A stretch of 64,000 nt of DNA from Chitinophaga pinensis. GTDB lineage: Bacteria > Bacteroidota > Bacteroidia > Chitinophagales > CAIOSU01. Location: the NCBI GenBank assembly GCA_945901065.1, contig CAMDKI010000004.1, positions 29,166 to 93,165 of the forward strand. Reading direction: 5' to 3'. The notes beneath the pieces are model-generated. The model was not told where the DNA came from. It ran no database searches and saw only the letters and a program-made list of their open reading frames with translations. Made by a program: the position numbers and the translations under genes. Shown here one piece after another: positions 27,279 through 36,713 of the stretch; positions within the stretch are counted from its first letter, which is position 1, and each line of letters starts with the position of its first letter.

Positions 27279-27315
27279 GGGGAAATGTGTGGGAGAGACG
27301 CATTTCCCTTTTTTT
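27279..27315 (+). terminator. orphan rho-independent terminator
   Basis: Stem GGGAAATGTG/CGCATTTCCC with a 9-nt loop, followed by TTTTTTT. No plus-strand ORF of 60 aa or more lies upstream. Confidence 0.6.
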
Positions 27316-27619
27316 GTGTACCAAGTGCCCAGCATAAATTAGCACGTATCTTTCAGCCAATAGACTTTTGATATTCATACTAATACAACATAGTTTCTTC
27401 GAAATCAGCCAATCTTACATTTACATGGTCGTTAAAATAAATAGTAGTTAAGTAGCGTATCAAGTGATTCAAGAACAAAACTCCTCGGTGGATATATCAG
27501 TTGATTTTTTCTCTTAAATACCAAAGGCGCTTTCAATCTAGAAATGTTGGCTGAGTAAAAGATTAACGTTCTTTTTTGATATGCTTCACTTTTGCTTAAC
27601 CTTCGCATTAAAATCTAAA

Positions 27620-27703
27620 AAGTTTGTGTATCTTTACACAGTCTCTACTAGTTAGAGGCAAGGAGTGTTCTAGGTTAGCCCTTTTTCCTAGGACACTTTT
27701 TTT
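27620..27703 (+). ncRNA. candidate small structured RNA (three consecutive hairpins ending in an intrinsic terminator)
   Basis: H1 is TGTGTA-tctt-TACACA (27625..27640). H2 is CTCTA-ctagt-TAGAG (27643..27657). H3 is AGTGTTCTAGG/CCTAGGACACT (27664..27697, one G-U pair) followed by T7. There is no convincing ORF, and the 5' end is unknown. Confidence 0.35.
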
Positions 27704-27849
27704 ATGCCCCTACATTACCGGTGGGCTTTTGCAAATGCTTCCTTTCAGTTTTGTGTTGTCCTCAATTGAGTATACTCAAGCCTCGGCATGAGTGTGGTCA
27801 TGTACTTTGGTAGTCATCCAGTTTAATTTTAACAAAAAATATACGAGCG

Positions 27850-28227
27850 ATGAAAACTACATTGAACCACCTGCACCACCAACATACTGATTGGCTAAGA
27901 GAGTTGGATTTTTATAAAATTGAGTTGAAGGTACTGAACGAGCGCCTTGCCGAAGTAGCAGGGGCCAACACCGCCATGCCAGTTATGCAGCAAGTGGAGC
28001 ACTTTCAAAATCGTTTTGTTTTGTTGAACGAACAACTTGATGTATTAGTGCATGAAGTAAAGCTGGCAGAACAGGCTTTGCAAGAAAAAGTTAAATCAAT
28101 GCCTGAGCATATTGACCAAAAAGTAACGCAGCCTAACGAAAAACTACAGGCCGATGTAAGTTACTTGTATAAAAACATTGCCGACACCCGTTTCGAGTTT
28201 AACGGTTTTTTGGCCAAAACAATGTAA
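27850..28227 (+). CDS. hypothetical helical protein
   Basis: A 125-aa ORF with coiled-coil-like composition and no recognised motif. Confidence 0.5.
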   Translation: MKTTLNHLHHQHTDWLRELDFYKIELKVLNERLAEVAGANTAMPVMQQVEHFQNRFVLLNEQLDVLVHEVKLAEQALQEKVKSMPEHIDQKVTQPNEKLQADVSYLYKNIADTRFEFNGFLAKTM

Positions 28228-28257
28228 AAAACTTGATAAAGATACCGAGCTTTAAGG

Positions 28258-28989
28258 CTACGCATAGAGTTGGCGTAGCCTTAAGGTTTCGTCGTTTATC
28301 CACTTAGTAGCTATTTCGTGGTTTTCTTGCCATGGGGCTGCTTGCAACTCCGGCCCGAAGCTTATGGAGGCATGCGTTTTCCACTTACCAAAGCAGGTTA
28401 TAAAGTGTCCTAGAAAGTTATCGTCTCCTACCCAAGCATCCTCCTTCAAGCTATACTCAATAGCCACCGGAACTATTGGAAAATCTCCATACTCGGCTAT
28501 TTGAAACGGTCCTGGTTTAAAATTGATAATTCCAGGGCCTTCAAAGGTAGTTCCTTCCGGGAAAATAATGACCGAATAACCTCTATCTAATAAATTACGC
28601 ACCTGTTCACGAGTATTTTTGCGGCTAATAGGATCCTCTCGCTTAATCAACACGGTATAGGTTAGCTTTAAGGCCCAACCTACCAGTGGCCAAGTGCCAA
28701 CCTCGGCCTTAGCAACTATTGAGGCAAAGGCATATTTCAGTATCACTGCCGAATCCAAATAACTTCGGTGGTTGGCCACAAATATATGTCCGCTAGTTGG
28801 GGTAGCGCCAAACTTAGTAATAGTTACGCCCAGCCAATAGGTTATAAATACGGCCCAATTTTGCCTAATAAGAAAACTCCTTCTCATTTTGTTTCCGGGT
28901 AAAAGCGCATTAATGGCTAGCACAAATACATAAGTCCACCCCGAAACGAAGAATAAGCATAACCTTGCAAAACCAAGCAGATAGCGCAT
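28258..28989 (-). CDS. lysophospholipid/lyso-aminolipid O-acyltransferase (PlsC/OlsA/GlsA type)
   Basis: HX4D motif (ANHRSYLDS) and the IFPEGTT motif, with an N-terminal TM segment. The start codon directly abuts the stop codon of the upstream gene. Confidence 0.85.
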   Translation of the reverse strand: MRYLLGFARLCLFFVSGWTYVFVLAINALLPGNKMRRSFLIRQNWAVFITYWLGVTITKFGATPTSGHIFVANHRSYLDSAVILKYAFASIVAKAEVGTWPLVGWALKLTYTVLIKREDPISRKNTREQVRNLLDRGYSVIIFPEGTTFEGPGIINFKPGPFQIAEYGDFPIVPVAIEYSLKEDAWVGDDNFLGHFITCFGKWKTHASISFGPELQAAPWQENHEIATKWINDETLRLRQLYA

Positions 28990-30600
28990 TTATGCTGTTT
29001 TTAAGTTTTCAAGGGTTTCTGATGGCAATTCTGCAATATCCAATATCATTAGCCCGTCTAACGTATCCGAAAACTTTGGATCGACGTTAAAGCAAACAAT
29101 ACGCGCATTTTGCTTTATGTATTTTTTCATCAGTACTGGCATGCGCAAATGGAAGGGCTCAATATCCTCAATAAAATTATCAAGCTTTTGAATTTCGCCT
29201 TCAAAGTTCTCAATCAAAATGTCTGTATCAATGTTCTTAATCTTCACTTTGTAAGCCTTGCGTGGCTTTACGTGCTGCGCCAGTTCGTGGTTGTAATAGT
29301 GTTTTTTTACAAACTCAATAATGAGCTGTTTTGAAATGTCAGAATACATTTTGCTTATGCTCAAAGGGCCGATGAGGTATTTAAATTGGGGATTTTTTAA
29401 CAGAAACGCCATTATGCCTCGCCACAATAAAAATAACGGCAACCTTTTTCTTTGATACTCGGGCACAATGTATGCCCTACCGAGCTCGGCACTTTGCTCT
29501 AGGATAGGGTAAAAAGGTTTTTCGAACTTAAAAAGGCTGGCAATGTAAAACCCTTTAGCACTGTAAGATTGGTATATAAAATCGCCGCGACCAATACGGT
29601 ACCCACCAACTAATTTATTGGCCACTTTGTCCCATATAATGAGTTGCTCGTAGTATAGGTCATACTCATCAATATCTCTTGGTTTATTACTTCCTTCGTC
29701 AACTGTTCTAAATGTAATTTCTCGCAATCGTCCTATCTCTAATAGGGTGTTTGGTATTTGAGATGCACGCGCTGTAAGCACCTCAAACTCAGCTTGTGTA
29801 AATAATAAATTACTTTCACGTACATGGGCTATTTCATTACTAATCAACTCGTTATCAATAGCAGGGGCAATCTGTTGTGTGGCATCAAGTTTTATGCTGC
29901 CCGGAAAGTAAAACTGTTTTACATCGATAGGAGTGCCTAATGCCAATGTGCGTGCCCTTAAAAAACGGGAGAGTCTGGCTAGTCGGCCAAAGGATGCAAT
30001 CTCTTGTAGCGAAATAGGTGTTCCAATCCTTACATTAATTATCAGTTCTTTTTCCGGTGCTTTGTTTTCTAGAGGATTACTAAGATGGGCTTTAAGCTGT
30101 TTTAGTATTTTTAGGTCGGCTGCCTGAAAGCTAATGGGTACTACTGGCAACTGTAAGTCGCGAATTAATTTTATGACCGCTGGTTCCCAGATTTTATCAA
30201 ATGTTCTTCCTTCCGTTAACTCTTCTTTTTCAATTGCTGGAAACACACCAATAGCTCCACCAGCATCCAAGTGTTTGTTTAGCTTATGTTTTTTGTCAAG
30301 TAGCTTGTAAAATTCTTTTCTTGCTTTACGGTCTTTCAATTCTACGAGATCGTTGCCTAACTGTTGGCTGAAATTGGTTTCGCCATATGTTACTACCTTA
30401 GACGCCCTGCCGCTAGTTTGAAGTATTTGAAGCATTAACAGGTAGTCTAAGTCGCCAATAAGGTGACGGCTAATGGCAATAAATGGGCTTAAAGGGAAAT
30501 GTTTAAGCTCTTCGTCGTTAATTACGTTCAGCGAAACTCCAATTTCCGACCAAATGGCGGCCAACTTATCTGGCGTTGAGTTGTATTTGCTTTCTTCCAT
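28990..30600 (-). CDS. N-acyl amino acid synthase (OlsB/GlsB-like GNAT domain) fused to a degenerate N-terminal acyltransferase-like domain
   Basis: The C-terminal half is OlsB-like (LVGGYRIGRGDFI..., RAYIVPEYQRKRLPLFLLWRGI). The N-terminal half resembles PlsC but with altered motifs (SRHLIGDLD and VFPAIEKEE). Confidence 0.65.
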   Translation of the reverse strand: MEESKYNSTPDKLAAIWSEIGVSLNVINDEELKHFPLSPFIAISRHLIGDLDYLLMLQILQTSGRASKVVTYGETNFSQQLGNDLVELKDRKARKEFYKLLDKKHKLNKHLDAGGAIGVFPAIEKEELTEGRTFDKIWEPAVIKLIRDLQLPVVPISFQAADLKILKQLKAHLSNPLENKAPEKELIINVRIGTPISLQEIASFGRLARLSRFLRARTLALGTPIDVKQFYFPGSIKLDATQQIAPAIDNELISNEIAHVRESNLLFTQAEFEVLTARASQIPNTLLEIGRLREITFRTVDEGSNKPRDIDEYDLYYEQLIIWDKVANKLVGGYRIGRGDFIYQSYSAKGFYIASLFKFEKPFYPILEQSAELGRAYIVPEYQRKRLPLFLLWRGIMAFLLKNPQFKYLIGPLSISKMYSDISKQLIIEFVKKHYYNHELAQHVKPRKAYKVKIKNIDTDILIENFEGEIQKLDNFIEDIEPFHLRMPVLMKKYIKQNARIVCFNVDPKFSDTLDGLMILDIAELPSETLENLKTA

Positions 30601-30786
30601 GAAACAATGTTAAAGCTAGCCTCGGGTTGTTAAGTGCACATTAAGCAAGTGTTGTGAATATGCCAATCTAACGATTCTAGCCGGATATTCAGTTGAAAGA
30701 GGCAAATGTAGGTGCAAATTTCTATCTATGTTTAACAACTATGACCGATATTTTTACTCCTCAAATGGTAAATATCAAGTACCTTT

Positions 30787-31083
30787 ATGGCAATGCGCCG
30801 CACTAACGACCACACCTTGAAAGATGCCATTAAGCATCTATTAAATGCTTACAAGCTTAAGGGTAAGATTTTGGAAACTCGATTGCTAGGGGAGTGGGAA
30901 ACTTTGGTTGGTGACACTGTTGCAAAGTATACTGATGACCTCTACGTGCGCGAAAAAAAACTCTACATCAAAGTATCTAATGCTACCGTTAGGCAAGAGT
31001 TACTCTATTCAAAGGATGAATTGCTGAAACAGTTGAATGTTTTTGCTGGCGAAAATGCCTTAGAAGACATAATTGTTAGGTAA
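30787..31083 (+). CDS. DUF721 (DciA-like) protein
   Basis: A 98-aa ORF. The pattern LLGEWETLVGDTVAKYTDDLYVREKKLYIKVSNATVRQEL is typical of DUF721. Confidence 0.7.
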   Translation: MAMRRTNDHTLKDAIKHLLNAYKLKGKILETRLLGEWETLVGDTVAKYTDDLYVREKKLYIKVSNATVRQELLYSKDELLKQLNVFAGENALEDIIVR

Positions 31084-31323
31084 CTCATAAGTGCTAATCT
31101 GTTAGTTTACGTTTTGCTATTAATTAACTGACATTCATTTAGTTATGCCATAAAATGCTAAATATTTTGTCGGGTAATTTAGGTGCTTAGGTAAGTACTT
31201 TTAAAATAGTTTGAAATTTAATTGACTTTTCCCCAACTTATTGCAACCTTACTTAGGTAAACGTTGTCTGTATAGGTATTAGTAGTAGTCTATAAGTTTC
31301 CAACTAAGTAAATCTATAAAATT

Positions 31324-32775
31324 ATGTCTTCGCGGTACCTAGTAGGGTTTGCCCTGCTTATATTAATGTCTAGTTGTGGTGGTTATGTAGGTAAATTTGC
31401 ACGCCACGGGGTACCCGATGTATATGATTACCAAATTTTCAACAAGGCAACGCTTGTTGCACCCGAAAACCATTTTGAATTTAAGCAGATTCCAAACTTT
31501 ACACTGCCCCCTGCCGACCTTTGGGCTTGCGGAGAGAAACCTGAATATAAACTTGCAGCTGGTTACAATCCAGAACAATTCTTGGATGAATCAGGTACTC
31601 TGGCTTTGATAGTTATCCGCCGCGATACGGTGCTATATGAGTATTACAGCAACGGTCATAGCCGCGAAAGCGTTTCAACCGTATTTTCAGTTACTAAAGC
31701 ATTCCTGTCGACGCTTGTTGGCATTGCCATAGATGAAGGTAAGATAAAAGGAATTGATCAGCCAGTTAGCGATTTTATACCATCTTTTGCGAAAAAAGGC
31801 CTTGCTGATATAACCATTGGGCACCTTTTGCAAATGACCAGTGGTATTAAGTTTGGAGACCATGATAACCTTGTAAAGCTTGGATACCTATATTACACAA
31901 GCAACCAAAAAAGTTTTCTGAAAGGCTTGAAACTAAAATACGAGCCAGGCACCCACTTCTCTTATAGCTCGCTAAGTAGTCTGATATTGGGATTCTGTTT
32001 GCAAGAAGCTACTGGCGTTGCCGTAGCTGATTACATGCAGAAAAAAATATGGACACCACTGGGTATGGAAAACAATGGCTACTTTGCCTTGGATAGGGAG
32101 GGTGGCATGGCCAAAACCTACGGTGGCATGGCTGCCTCAGCTATCGATTTGGCAAAACTAGGCCGCTTGTTTTTGAATAACGGAAACTGGAACGGGCAAC
32201 AAATAGTGCCAACTTGCTGGACAAGCGCTTGCCGCACCCGCACCGAAAATGAGGGTAAAGCATGGAACTACTCTAATCATTGGTGGTTGGATACATACGG
32301 TGGTATCGTTTCGGCTGAAAATAAGAACGACTTTTTTGCCGGCGGTTTCCGCGGTCAGGTTGTTTATGTAAACCCAGAAGATAGTACTATAATAGTTCGG
32401 TTGGGTACTTCTGAAGAAGATATTCGTTGGGGGGTCACTATTTCTAAACTGGGCATGTTGCCATTAGGTCCGGATGGAGATGAATTTATGGAACTGGGAG
32501 ATGATGTTTTTGCCAGTTTAAATGGAAACTACCGAAATAAAAAGAAAGACCGCTCACTCAAGGTTCGTTTTGACAAGGGTAAGCTAATGGTAGAAGACTT
32601 GTTTACTGAAGGTCCAATTGAATTAGTGAAAGACGGCATGTACAGCTATGTAAATATTGAGCGCAACGTGAAGCTAATAGTGAACTACAGCAAACACCAT
32701 GTGCAAGGCCTAATTCTTGAAAATGCAGGTGAGGAGACCTTTTTCTCGAAATTTGAAATAGAGGACGGGCAATAA
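31324..32775 (+). CDS. serine hydrolase (beta-lactamase/PBP4* family) lipoprotein
   Basis: Lipoprotein signal (LILMSSCGG) and SxxK nucleophile motif (FSVTKAF). Confidence 0.8.
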   Translation: MSSRYLVGFALLILMSSCGGYVGKFARHGVPDVYDYQIFNKATLVAPENHFEFKQIPNFTLPPADLWACGEKPEYKLAAGYNPEQFLDESGTLALIVIRRDTVLYEYYSNGHSRESVSTVFSVTKAFLSTLVGIAIDEGKIKGIDQPVSDFIPSFAKKGLADITIGHLLQMTSGIKFGDHDNLVKLGYLYYTSNQKSFLKGLKLKYEPGTHFSYSSLSSLILGFCLQEATGVAVADYMQKKIWTPLGMENNGYFALDREGGMAKTYGGMAASAIDLAKLGRLFLNNGNWNGQQIVPTCWTSACRTRTENEGKAWNYSNHWWLDTYGGIVSAENKNDFFAGGFRGQVVYVNPEDSTIIVRLGTSEEDIRWGVTISKLGMLPLGPDGDEFMELGDDVFASLNGNYRNKKKDRSLKVRFDKGKLMVEDLFTEGPIELVKDGMYSYVNIERNVKLIVNYSKHHVQGLILENAGEETFFSKFEIEDGQ

Positions 32776-32919
32776 TTAATGATTTTGTTCCATGTCGCTA
32801 AAAACAATTTTAGTGGTTCTTGATTGTTTCCCGCCTGCGGTTCTCGGTTCTTCCAACGTTTTTACGTTAAATTATTAAACAGTCTTCGGTAAATTACGTT
32901 ACCTATCGGTATGTTTTGT

Positions 32920-32927
32920 TAGTTTTG
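32920..32927 (+). promoter_or_regulatory. candidate -7 promoter box (TAGTTTTG)
   Basis: Exact TAnnTTTG match, 32 nt upstream of the ATG at 32959. Confidence 0.4.
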
Positions 32928-32958
32928 CAGCACGAAATATTGAAACTTCAGTAGTTAT

Positions 32959-33621
32959 ATGAGCAAGAAACTATTTGTACACGTAAAGGACGAGTCTGCT
33001 AGGATGTTTAAGAATGACACCCTTAATGCATTGTCGAAAGTGCATTACACGGTGCCTTTGTATTTGTACATTCCTCCCATTTTGTACTTTCTGTATGTAA
33101 CCATTTTTCAAACTCCTGTTGAGCAGGTTAGCGTTTTAGGAAGGATAGGCTTGTGGTTTGCAGGTGTGTTTACTTGGTCATTTTTTGAGTATGGTGTGCA
33201 CCGCTTTATATTTCACTACCATGCATCTAGCGAAATCGGTAAGCGTTTCCACTTTCTGTCTCATGGTGTGCACCACGACTATCCGCAAGATAGCACTCGT
33301 TTGGTAATGCCTCCTTCAGTAAGCTTGCCATTGGCGGTGTTGTTTTTCTTTGCCTTTACTGCAATCTTAGGTCCGGTTATGATGGCACCTGCTTATGTTG
33401 GTTTTTTGATGGGCTATTTGGTATATGATATGTCGCATTATGCAGTGCACCATTTCAATTGGAAAACCGCTTACTTCCAGCGCATCAAGAAACATCACAT
33501 GGATCACCATTTCCGTGACCCAGATTATGGTTTTGGCTTTACCTCCGATATTTGGGACAAAGTATTCAACACCAATCTACCCGTAAAACCTAAGGCTAGC
33601 CAAGAGAAAGGCAATGCCTAA
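32959..33621 (+). CDS. membrane di-iron fatty acid hydroxylase family protein
   Basis: Histidine boxes HRFIFHY, HGVHHD, HYAVHH and HHMDHH, with 3-4 TM helices. Confidence 0.8.
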   Translation: MSKKLFVHVKDESARMFKNDTLNALSKVHYTVPLYLYIPPILYFLYVTIFQTPVEQVSVLGRIGLWFAGVFTWSFFEYGVHRFIFHYHASSEIGKRFHFLSHGVHHDYPQDSTRLVMPPSVSLPLAVLFFFAFTAILGPVMMAPAYVGFLMGYLVYDMSHYAVHHFNWKTAYFQRIKKHHMDHHFRDPDYGFGFTSDIWDKVFNTNLPVKPKASQEKGNA

Positions 33622-33836
33622 GTATATAATTATGATTAACATTGTACATCTGCACAAGGCTTAATCATATTGCTTCGTTTCTTTTTTTGTTATTGTATAG
33701 CACTCTAGGTTTTTGCTACTTTGCTGTGTGCCTTTATAATATCTTAAGCGCATAATGGTTATTCTATATTGTTTAGCTGTCCTTATATTATACCAAAACT
33801 AATAAGTGTGTTGAATTAGCTGATAGCCGTGTGAGG

Positions 33837-35522
33837 TTATATCTTCCCGTTCACCACAGCCCAAATCTCTTGTTCCAGTTTATTGGCTTCGGCTACGAGG
33901 GTTTCGCCGCGTTGCACCATGTTGTTGGCAAAGGTTTTGTCGTCTAGTCCTCCCGCATTTACTTTCACGTTTAGGAACGCGCCTAACACCGCGGTGCGCG
34001 CGCATAAGGCTCCTACGCCCGCATCGGTTACGCTATTGGGGTTGCCAATTTCGGCCATCGCTTTTATGGTAGTCATGCTTTCTATGCTCAGTTCCATTAC
34101 CTTAAACGGCACTTCAATGGCGTACTTGGTTGCCGCTTGCACGGCTAGCTTGCGTGCCGCTTTCTCGGTATCGTTGCCTTTGGGTAGCGCAAATGCCGCC
34201 ATAATGGCATTAAAAGCACGGGTATCTTCGTCAACCAGTTTTATCAATTGGTCTTTAATGGCTTGTCCTCTTTCGGCCCAAGTGCTGAACTCTTGCCAGC
34301 GGTCGTCCCAGCCACGCTTGTGGCTGCTTAGGTTGGCCACCATGGTTGCCAAAGATATACCCAACGCACCCGCATAGGCAGCAATAGAGCCACCGCCCGG
34401 TGCCGCCGATTCGCTGGCGGTTTCATCAGCAAAGGCTTTTAGGTCCATGCTTACCAATCGGCTATCGGCAGGGTCGTTAAGTAGGTATTCAATTACCCGT
34501 TTTTTGGGGTCAAAGGGTTTTAAATCATCCAGTCCCAGAGATTTTACGGCTATTTTTACCAGTTCGCTTTCCGCTACGCCCGTTGAGCGTTGTTGTTTCT
34601 CCAAGAAGTATTTGCCGGCATCCAATAAGCTCTTTAGCGGTATCAGGCCCACCAACTCCGAACCCGTAACCCTTATGCCACGGCTATTGGCGCTTTTTAC
34701 TACTTCATCAAAAGCAATGTGCACAGGGGTAATGGTCACGTTGGTTAGGTTCATGCTTATTTGGGCCACGCCATATTCCTCAATATACCAACCAATAGCT
34801 TTTACCGCTTTCAAGGTACCGGGTATGCGCACGGCATTGCCCTTTTCGTCTTTTACCACTGGTCCAGTTATGGGGTTGCCTTCGCGCTTAATGCGGCCGG
34901 CTTCGCGTACATCAAAGGCAATGCTGTTGGCCCTGCGCTCACTGGTAGTGTTTAGGTTTACGTTGTATGCCACCAAAAAGTCGCGGGCGCTGATGGCCAC
35001 ATTGCCACTCTTGGCATTGAATTTGGCAGGACCAAAGTCGGGTTTCCATTCAGGTTTGGCTATCTTTTCAGGTATACCTTCATATTCTCCGGCACGCACG
35101 CTGGCTAGGTTTTTGCGCTTAGGTTCGGTGGCGGCGTACTCATAGAGGTAAACGGGTATGCTTAGCTCATTACCCACGCGCTCCCCAATTTTTCGTGCCA
35201 CCTCCACACACTCGTCCATGGTAACACCACTAATGGGGATAATTGGGCAAACATCGGTAGCTCCAAAACGGGGATGCTCGCCTTTGTGCTTACTCATATC
35301 TATTACCTCGCTGGCCTTTTTAATGGCCCTGAACGCCGCCTCGGCCACTGGCTCTGGCTCGCCTACAAACGTTACCACCGTTCGGTTGGTATCTTTCCCT
35401 GGGTCTACGTCCAATAGCTTTACACCTTCAACGCTTTCAATGGCATCGGTTATCTGTTTGATAATGGCCATATTCTTGCCTTCGCTAAAATTGGGTACGC
35501 ATTCTACCAGTCGGCGGGTCAT
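33837..35522 (-). CDS. ftcD: glutamate formimidoyltransferase / formimidoyltetrahydrofolate cyclodeaminase (bifunctional FTCD)
   Basis: N-terminal RLVECVPNFSEGKN and a C-terminal cyclodeaminase helical domain (SAAPGGGSIAAYAGALG). I take the start at the internal Met (35522). Confidence 0.85.
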   Translation of the reverse strand: MTRRLVECVPNFSEGKNMAIIKQITDAIESVEGVKLLDVDPGKDTNRTVVTFVGEPEPVAEAAFRAIKKASEVIDMSKHKGEHPRFGATDVCPIIPISGVTMDECVEVARKIGERVGNELSIPVYLYEYAATEPKRKNLASVRAGEYEGIPEKIAKPEWKPDFGPAKFNAKSGNVAISARDFLVAYNVNLNTTSERRANSIAFDVREAGRIKREGNPITGPVVKDEKGNAVRIPGTLKAVKAIGWYIEEYGVAQISMNLTNVTITPVHIAFDEVVKSANSRGIRVTGSELVGLIPLKSLLDAGKYFLEKQQRSTGVAESELVKIAVKSLGLDDLKPFDPKKRVIEYLLNDPADSRLVSMDLKAFADETASESAAPGGGSIAAYAGALGISLATMVANLSSHKRGWDDRWQEFSTWAERGQAIKDQLIKLVDEDTRAFNAIMAAFALPKGNDTEKAARKLAVQAATKYAIEVPFKVMELSIESMTTIKAMAEIGNPNSVTDAGVGALCARTAVLGAFLNVKVNAGGLDDKTFANNMVQRGETLVAEANKLEQEIWAVVNGKI

Positions 35523-35623
35523 AGGGGTTCTTTTTGTTGTATAGTAAAGATAGGGGGATTTTAGGTTATTGGTTATTTGTGAATTGGTTGATTGGTTGAC
35601 CAATACTTAGCAAGCTAGCTAAA

Positions 35624-36706
35624 TCAAAGCTTCTTTAACGTTTCCGTTCTGTTTACCTTGTGCGTTGCTGTTTCTTCAAACTGACTGATGGTAACAATCT
35701 CTCTCGGCATCTCGTAGCGGGTAAGTGCCGTCCGAAGGGTCTCTTTAAGGTGCTCTATTTCTTTGGGGTCAAGTTCAGGATTTTCTAAAACCAGTATAAG
35801 CTTTTGCCCTAATTGCGCATCGGATATACCAGTTAAAAAGAACCGCTGTGCAATTAAAGGTTGTATTTTCCGCTCCAGCTCTTCAGGGAAAAGCTTGATA
35901 CCTCCCGAGTTCACTACATTATCAACCCTGCCGAGCCACCTAAAATGCCTATCGTCTTTTACCTCCACAATGTCATTGGTTACCACAGGTTGGTGGGCCA
36001 GGGCAGGGGCAACAATAACCAAGCAATCCCTATCATCTTGCCCAAGTATAATATCGGGGTCGGTGGTTTCAAAAGTATTTTGGGCTTCGGGGCCGCTCAA
36101 CCTGCGCATGGCTATGTGGCTAATAGTTTCGGTCATACCGAAGGTTTCGAACACCCGGTTAGGAAACGTTCTCAGTCTCTCTGTTAGTAAAGGTAAAACA
36201 GGGCTTCCACCTAAAATGATGGTGCCTATTCGCTGTATGCGCGTATCAAACTCGGGGTCGTTTAGGTCTAGCATGGCTTGCAATTGGCTAGGTACCCAAG
36301 CAACTAAATCAATTTGCAGGTCGGGGGCAATAATATCTAAAGGTTTGTTGCTTGGCTCCGTTGTCCAAAGGTGCCACTCGTTTTCAATGGCCCTTACTAT
36401 CATCATTTTACCAGCAATATAATTGGCCGAAAGGCTAAGCAATGCGTTGCTATTTTCGCCCAAACCTAGGTAATTGGCGGTCATTAAAGCGCTATTTCGA
36501 ACCTGCTTTTTATTGAGTTTTATTGCCTTGGGGTTGCCTGTAGAGCCTGATGTGTGGACGGTTATATACTCATCATCGCTAAGCCAATCCTTAATGAATT
36601 GAAACAAGTCTCGCTCCCAACCTTGCAGCTCTGTGGCTAAGAGCTGCTCAGCATATTGCTTCAGTGTTGTTTTGGAAAAGCTTTGTCCGTTTAGTTTGAA
36701 TGGCAT
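35624..36706 (-). CDS. menE: AMP-dependent ligase, short O-succinylbenzoate-CoA ligase type
   Basis: AMP-binding motif HTSGSTGNPKAI and FGMTET. It lies adjacent to menC on the same strand. Confidence 0.7.
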   Translation of the reverse strand: MPFKLNGQSFSKTTLKQYAEQLLATELQGWERDLFQFIKDWLSDDEYITVHTSGSTGNPKAIKLNKKQVRNSALMTANYLGLGENSNALLSLSANYIAGKMMIVRAIENEWHLWTTEPSNKPLDIIAPDLQIDLVAWVPSQLQAMLDLNDPEFDTRIQRIGTIILGGSPVLPLLTERLRTFPNRVFETFGMTETISHIAMRRLSGPEAQNTFETTDPDIILGQDDRDCLVIVAPALAHQPVVTNDIVEVKDDRHFRWLGRVDNVVNSGGIKLFPEELERKIQPLIAQRFFLTGISDAQLGQKLILVLENPELDPKEIEHLKETLRTALTRYEMPREIVTISQFEETATHKVNRTETLKKL

Positions 36707-36713
36707 AGTACCG

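Noticed and set aside
28255-28290. A 10-bp hairpin (AAGGCTACGC/GCGTAGCCTT) as a stand-alone terminator
   Set aside because: It lies within the last codons of the minus-strand acyltransferase gene and lacks a clear U-tract. It may still help terminate the convergent 125-aa gene, but I cannot support a separate call.
33883-35544. Long plus-strand ORFs (33883..34377, 34447..35145, 35158..35544) of 128-232 aa
   Set aside because: All lie antisense inside the FTCD gene, which has clear formimidoyltransferase and cyclodeaminase motifs. Their composition (Ser/Ala/Leu/Pro-rich) is typical of shadow frames.
35763-36422. A 219-aa plus-strand ORF and a nested 108-aa ORF
   Set aside because: They are antisense shadow frames inside the menE-like AMP-ligase gene.
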